A stretch of DNA of 29,462 nt from a virus. Taxonomy: Duplodnaviria > Caudoviricetes. The stretch lies in the IMG/VR virus record IMGVR_UViG_3300014656_004474, positions 1 through 29,462 of that record; one strand, 5' to 3'. Positions 25,174-29,462 of this stretch are shown piece by piece (positions within the stretch are counted from its first letter, which is position 1; the number at the start of each line of letters is the position of its first letter). The translations under genes and the position numbers were made by a program. The notes beneath the pieces were generated by a model that was not told the origin of the DNA, did no database searches, and worked only from the letters and a program-made list of their open reading frames with translations.

Positions 25174-26244
25174 ATGGAGAGACGGAGAAGCAGGGCTGTA
25201 GAAGAGGTAAAGGAAGCATCAAAAAAAACAGAAGTGTTCCCGCCAGAAAAAAGGTTATTGCTCCCTACAGGCAGCACTCTTCTCAACCTTGCTTTTTCTG
25301 ACTCCTATGAAGGAGGAATTGCTCCTGGCAGCATGATAAACATTGTCGGGGATTCATCGGCAGGAAAGACGTTCGTTCTTTGGACCATCTTTGCTGAAGT
25401 CGCCCGCCATCCTGATTTTAAACACTATCGCTTAATCTATGATGAATCTGAAGCAGCCTTTTTCATGCACATTGCGAAGCTGTTTGGCTTGCCTAATAAT
25501 CGTGTTGAGACGGACATTCGATCTGCGACGATTCAAGACTTCTATCGCAATGTCCTACAGAACATTAAAGAAGAGAGACCTTGTATCTACGGACTCGATT
25601 CATTTGATGGAGTATCATCTCTTGAAGAACAAGGAAGAGCGGACGACATTGAAAAAGGCAAAGACATCAGTGGCAGCTACAAGATAGAGAAAGCGAAATG
25701 GGGAAGTGAAATATTCCGAAACATTGTTGACAACCTTGAGTCCACGGACTCTGTATTGATCGTTGTGTCTCAAACTCGTGACAACATCGGTGTGACATTT
25801 GGTGATAAAAAGACACGCAGTGGGGGAAATGCTCTTCGCTTTTACAGCACACACGAAATTTGGCTTTCTGTTGTGGGGCACGAAAAAGCAAAAGAGCGAG
25901 AAATTGGCGCCAATATTCGCTTCCGAGTGAAGAAAAACAAATTGACAGGTAAAAGACGTGATGGGTGGTTCACTATTTTTTTTGATTATGGTATTGACGA
26001 CATTACAAGCTGCATTGATTTTCTCATTGACGAGAAGATTTGGTCATTGCAGAAGGGTGGGAAAATTCTGACAGGAGGAGACATATTTCCCGATATGAAC
26101 AAGAAAGATTTAATCCATCTTATTGAGAATAAGAGTATGGACGATGAACTTCATAAACTTGTTGGTCAGACATGGGCTGAAATTGAGGAAGCTCTGAAGC
26201 TCGACCGCAAACCCCGTTACTCTGTTGACGATATTGAGGATTAA
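25174..26244 (+). CDS. RecA/UvsX-like recombinase
   Basis: PTGSTLLN, GGI, GDSSAGKT, DSE, LDS, SQTRDNIG, SGGNALRFYS, KNK. Confidence 0.92.
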   Translation: MERRRSRAVEEVKEASKKTEVFPPEKRLLLPTGSTLLNLAFSDSYEGGIAPGSMINIVGDSSAGKTFVLWTIFAEVARHPDFKHYRLIYDESEAAFFMHIAKLFGLPNNRVETDIRSATIQDFYRNVLQNIKEERPCIYGLDSFDGVSSLEEQGRADDIEKGKDISGSYKIEKAKWGSEIFRNIVDNLESTDSVLIVVSQTRDNIGVTFGDKKTRSGGNALRFYSTHEIWLSVVGHEKAKEREIGANIRFRVKKNKLTGKRRDGWFTIFFDYGIDDITSCIDFLIDEKIWSLQKGGKILTGGDIFPDMNKKDLIHLIENKSMDDELHKLVGQTWAEIEEALKLDRKPRYSVDDIED

Positions 26245-26400
26245 ATGATTAGAATGTGCGAGTTTTGCAAGAAAGCACCAGCTACTTGCCTTATAACAAG
26301 AATAATTCAACCAAGTTGGCCTCATTATGCATGTGATGAATGTGCCAAGCAAAAAGATCACATGAAAATAAGGGAGCTTTCTTATGCAGATTATTGTTGA
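26245..26400 (+). CDS. small Zn-ribbon protein (51 aa, not in ORF track)
   Basis: MCEFCKKAPAT...ACDECA; GAGG RBS. Confidence 0.55.
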   Translation: MIRMCEFCKKAPATCLITRIIQPSWPHYACDECAKQKDHMKIRELSYADYC

Positions 26401-27223
26401 CGCAAATTCCATCTGTCACAAGATGAAACATACGATGGGAGAACTCTCCTACGAGGAAAAGAAGGTGGGAATTATATTTGGCTTTCTCCGTCAAATGCTT
26501 TCCATCGCAAAACGATTTGATACGAATCAATTCATTTTTTGTTGGGACTCACACAGTAGAAAACGAGTCGAAATTTGTCCTGCTTACAAAGCAAATCGGC
26601 ATAAAGAACTGACCGAAGAAGAAGAGGAACTGAATGCACTTTCTTATGCTCAATTTGATGAACTGAGAACGGCGATTCTCCCAAAACTTGGTTTCAGAAA
26701 CAACTTCATCGCTGAAGGGTATGAAGCGGATGACATCATTGCGAAGATAGTTAAAGATAACGGATATAAATTTATTATTGTGTCCACTGACAATGATCTA
26801 TTTCAGCTTCTCAGCCCTCGTGTCTCAATGATGATCGATCTTAAAAAGCCCCTTTATACCGAAGCTTCTTTTCATGAGGAATATAATCTCACTCCTGATC
26901 AATGGATATGGGTCAAAGCAATAGCAGGTTGTCCAGGAGACGGTGTCATTGGACTCGAAGGAGTAGGAGTGAAAACAGTAACAAAATATCTTCATAAAGA
27001 ATTACCACTAAGCAGTAAGGCAAATATGGCAATACTAACGGCGTGTGACAAAATTAAATTGAACAAACGCCTTGTTGCTTTACCATTTGAAGGCATCAAA
27101 AACTTCACTCTTCTTGAGGATAAATTATCTCTTGATGGGTTCATCAATGTTGCAAATCAATATAGGTTCAATTCATTTCTCAAACAGGACAATTTGAAAG
27201 TCTGGAAACGAGTGATCTTTTAA
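26384..27223 (+). CDS. 5'-3' exonuclease / flap endonuclease
   Basis: IVDAN, CWD, YKANR, EADD, STDND, H3TH GCPGDGVIG..GVGVKT. Confidence 0.92.
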   Translation: MQIIVDANSICHKMKHTMGELSYEEKKVGIIFGFLRQMLSIAKRFDTNQFIFCWDSHSRKRVEICPAYKANRHKELTEEEEELNALSYAQFDELRTAILPKLGFRNNFIAEGYEADDIIAKIVKDNGYKFIIVSTDNDLFQLLSPRVSMMIDLKKPLYTEASFHEEYNLTPDQWIWVKAIAGCPGDGVIGLEGVGVKTVTKYLHKELPLSSKANMAILTACDKIKLNKRLVALPFEGIKNFTLLEDKLSLDGFINVANQYRFNSFLKQDNLKVWKRVIF

Positions 27224-27238
27224 TATTATGGAGGAATC

Positions 27239-27412
27239 ATGGAGAAAGAAGAACTTGAAATTGTTGAACAAGCAGAAGCAATCCTCAACAAAGAAAGCTT
27301 TAGAGGTTACTATGACGGAGCAGATGCCGCTGTTTTTGATGAGGCTGTTCGATGGATTGAAAAAGCTAAAATACTGATTCAAAAAAGCCCCTGCCCCAAA
27401 ATATCTGACTGA
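27239..27412 (+). CDS. small hypothetical protein (57 aa, not in ORF track)
   Basis: GGAGG RBS; fills the gap. Confidence 0.5.
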   Translation: MEKEELEIVEQAEAILNKESFRGYYDGADAAVFDEAVRWIEKAKILIQKSPCPKISD

Positions 27413-27426
27413 GAAGAGGTGCTCAC

Positions 27427-28521
27427 ATGTTGCAGCGACTTCGGCTTTTTAACTTTCAATCACACCAAAAGACTGAATTTGAGTTTTCACCAAATGTCAA
27501 TGTAGTTACCGGAGCGAGTGATTCAGGCAAAAGCACAGTTATCAGGGGACTTCAATGGGTTTTTGATAATCGTCCTCCGGGTGACGCAATCAAGAATTGG
27601 TACTCACAAGAGCGAGACAAGATCGCCGTTGATATTGATTTTTTTGAATTAACGTCTCTTAGAAAGGAACGTTTGAAAGGAAAGTCAAGATATGTGATTG
27701 GTGATGAGATATTTGAGGCGATTAAACAAGATGTTCCAGAAGAAGTTTCTACACTCGCTAATTTAAGCGAATGTAATATCCAATCACAACATGAACCATA
27801 TTTCTTTTTGAATGACACGCCCGGCGAAGTCGCACGGAAGTTAAATGACCTTGTTGGGCTGAACATAATTGACACAATCTTCAGGAATCTCGATTCAAGA
27901 ATTCGTCGAGTATCATCAGACATTCGAACCTCCACTTCAACCATAACGAACTTAAAGGAAGAACTTGAAAGTCTGGCGCATGTTGATGCACTTTATGACG
28001 AAGTGGTTGAACTCGAAGAACTGGTCAAGAAAGCTGAAGAACTGGGGAAAGAAACTGAGGTCTTAAAAAACCTCATCTTTCATCTTGACCAAATTGAGAT
28101 TGAGCTGGCTACTATATCTTATCCTTTCGAGGCGGAAGAGCAAACATCTACTCTCCTTGTTGAGATTAAGAAGTTCGGAGAAAGCCAGAAAGAATGTGAC
28201 ATTCTCACAGGTCTCATTTCCTCCTTGCTTGTTTCATCGGATGACTTGAAAGTAGAGACAGATTGGCTTGAATGTGAGCCTTTGTGTGTTGAACTTTTCA
28301 ATCTGCTCAAGGAGCAGGACGAAGTGGCGAATGATTGTGTTGAGCTGACGAGATGGGTGAATAAAATTCGCTCCGACAACAAAACCCTTGAGTATGAATC
28401 AAAGCAAGTGGGCGTATTATTCACTAACTATATTGCCAAATTGCGCTCTGTTAAATTGTGTCCGATTTGCAAGTCAAAAATAACTGAAGCAACGATTAAA
28501 ATGATTGAGGAAAGCTTATGA
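27427..28521 (+). CDS. SbcC/Rad50-like ATPase, N-terminal half
   Basis: NFQSH, Walker A GASDSGKS, Q-loop, coiled coil, ends just after Zn-hook CPIC; no signature motif or Walker B. Confidence 0.85.
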   Translation: MLQRLRLFNFQSHQKTEFEFSPNVNVVTGASDSGKSTVIRGLQWVFDNRPPGDAIKNWYSQERDKIAVDIDFFELTSLRKERLKGKSRYVIGDEIFEAIKQDVPEEVSTLANLSECNIQSQHEPYFFLNDTPGEVARKLNDLVGLNIIDTIFRNLDSRIRRVSSDIRTSTSTITNLKEELESLAHVDALYDEVVELEELVKKAEELGKETEVLKNLIFHLDQIEIELATISYPFEAEEQTSTLLVEIKKFGESQKECDILTGLISSLLVSSDDLKVETDWLECEPLCVELFNLLKEQDEVANDCVELTRWVNKIRSDNKTLEYESKQVGVLFTNYIAKLRSVKLCPICKSKITEATIKMIEESL

Positions 28522-29417
28522 TTCTTGCCTTGTTACCTGATATTCATTTACGATCATCAAATCCAGAAAACCGCATTGACAATTATGAGGAGTCATTGTG
28601 GAAAAAACTGCGATACATACGGGACTACCCTTACAAAACCAAAACGACACGACCTCCCGATTTGGTGTTTCTTCAGCCCGGAGATTTTTTTGATGGACCG
28701 ATTCAATCAAACGCCCTTCTGTCCCGTTGTTTTGACAATTTAGCTCATCGTACCATTTATACCGTGTGGGGACAGCATGATATGAAATACCGCACAAAAG
28801 GGAACACTGCGCTTGATGTATTGATTGCAGGGGAGATCGTTGAATTCAGAGCATCAACCATGCTAACAAAACAGGTGGTTTTATACAGTTGTTCGTATGA
28901 TGAAGAGATTCCTGAGATTGAAGACCCAAAAGACCTTAATATCCTTCTCATTCACAAAATGATCGTTGAGGAAAAGATATGGGAAGAACAGGTTGAGTAC
29001 ACATGGGCGAACACGATCCTGAGACAAACAAAGTTTGATCTGATCGTGTCAGGTGACAATCATCAATCATTCATTGTTGAGCACAAAAATCGACTGCTTG
29101 TAAATTGCGGCAGCCTAATGAGAACCCGTAAGGATCAGATCAATCACAAACCAATGTTCGTCATCTATGACACAGACACACGAAAGTACCAAAAGGTTTA
29201 CATTCCCATAAAGCCCGCTGAAGAAGTATTTGACATGGCAATGCTTGAACGTGAGAAGGAGAAAGACGAAAGACTCTCTGCATATGTGGAAGGACTTATG
29301 GAGGGGTGCGAGATCGGTCTCGATTTCAAAGCAAATCTGTTTGCTGCAATCAAAACAAATAAGGTCAATGAATCTGTAGAAACGATCATAAAGGAGGCCA
29401 TGCAAGATGGAAACTGA
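28518..29417 (+). CDS. SbcD/Mre11-like metallophosphoesterase nuclease
   Basis: DIH, GDFFD, GQHD, H, GDNH, NCGS. Confidence 0.9.
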   Translation: MILALLPDIHLRSSNPENRIDNYEESLWKKLRYIRDYPYKTKTTRPPDLVFLQPGDFFDGPIQSNALLSRCFDNLAHRTIYTVWGQHDMKYRTKGNTALDVLIAGEIVEFRASTMLTKQVVLYSCSYDEEIPEIEDPKDLNILLIHKMIVEEKIWEEQVEYTWANTILRQTKFDLIVSGDNHQSFIVEHKNRLLVNCGSLMRTRKDQINHKPMFVIYDTDTRKYQKVYIPIKPAEEVFDMAMLEREKEKDERLSAYVEGLMEGCEIGLDFKANLFAAIKTNKVNESVETIIKEAMQDGN

Positions 29418-29462
29418 TGACATCATCAAAGATTTGAATGAACTACAAAAACAAATTGTTGA
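29407..29462 (+). CDS. start of next ORF (truncated)
   Basis: AAGGAGG upstream; METDDIIKDLNELQKQIV open to window end. Confidence 0.5.
   Translation, partial: METDDIIKDLNELQKQIV

Noticed and set aside
1-29462. Alternative genetic code (stop-codon reassignment)
   Set aside because: Conserved genes are full length under code 11, and TAA, TGA and TAG all appear as gene ends.

Overview
A 29.5-kb segment of what is most likely a large dsDNA tailed-phage genome (or prophage). It contains the DNA replication, recombination and DNA-modification module, with nearly all genes on the + strand and tightly coupled. Replication and recombination genes: primase, an initiator-like protein with internal iteron-like repeats, DnaB-type helicase, sliding clamp, UDG-PolA fusion polymerase, clamp loader, gp32-like SSB, RecA/UvsX, 5'-3' exonuclease and a split Rad50/Mre11 pair. 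Embedded in it is a 7-deazaguanine cluster: queD, a LAGLIDADG-QueE fusion, folE, a GTDC1/QTMAN-like glycosyltransferase, a TGT/DpdA-like base-exchange enzyme that may be split in two, and a DpdL-like LxxxHRHxF T-fold protein. No queC/queF is present in the window. This suggests a possibly undescribed sugar-bearing 7-deazaguanine modification. Two solo TnpB IS200/IS605 elements are inserted antisense, with readable ends and guides. Two unannotated structured non-coding regions stand out: a C4/CI-like cloverleaf whose three loops are complementary to its own leader, and a ~160-nt rod flanked by a 50-bp duplication. All calls come from reading motifs by eye; no searches were run.
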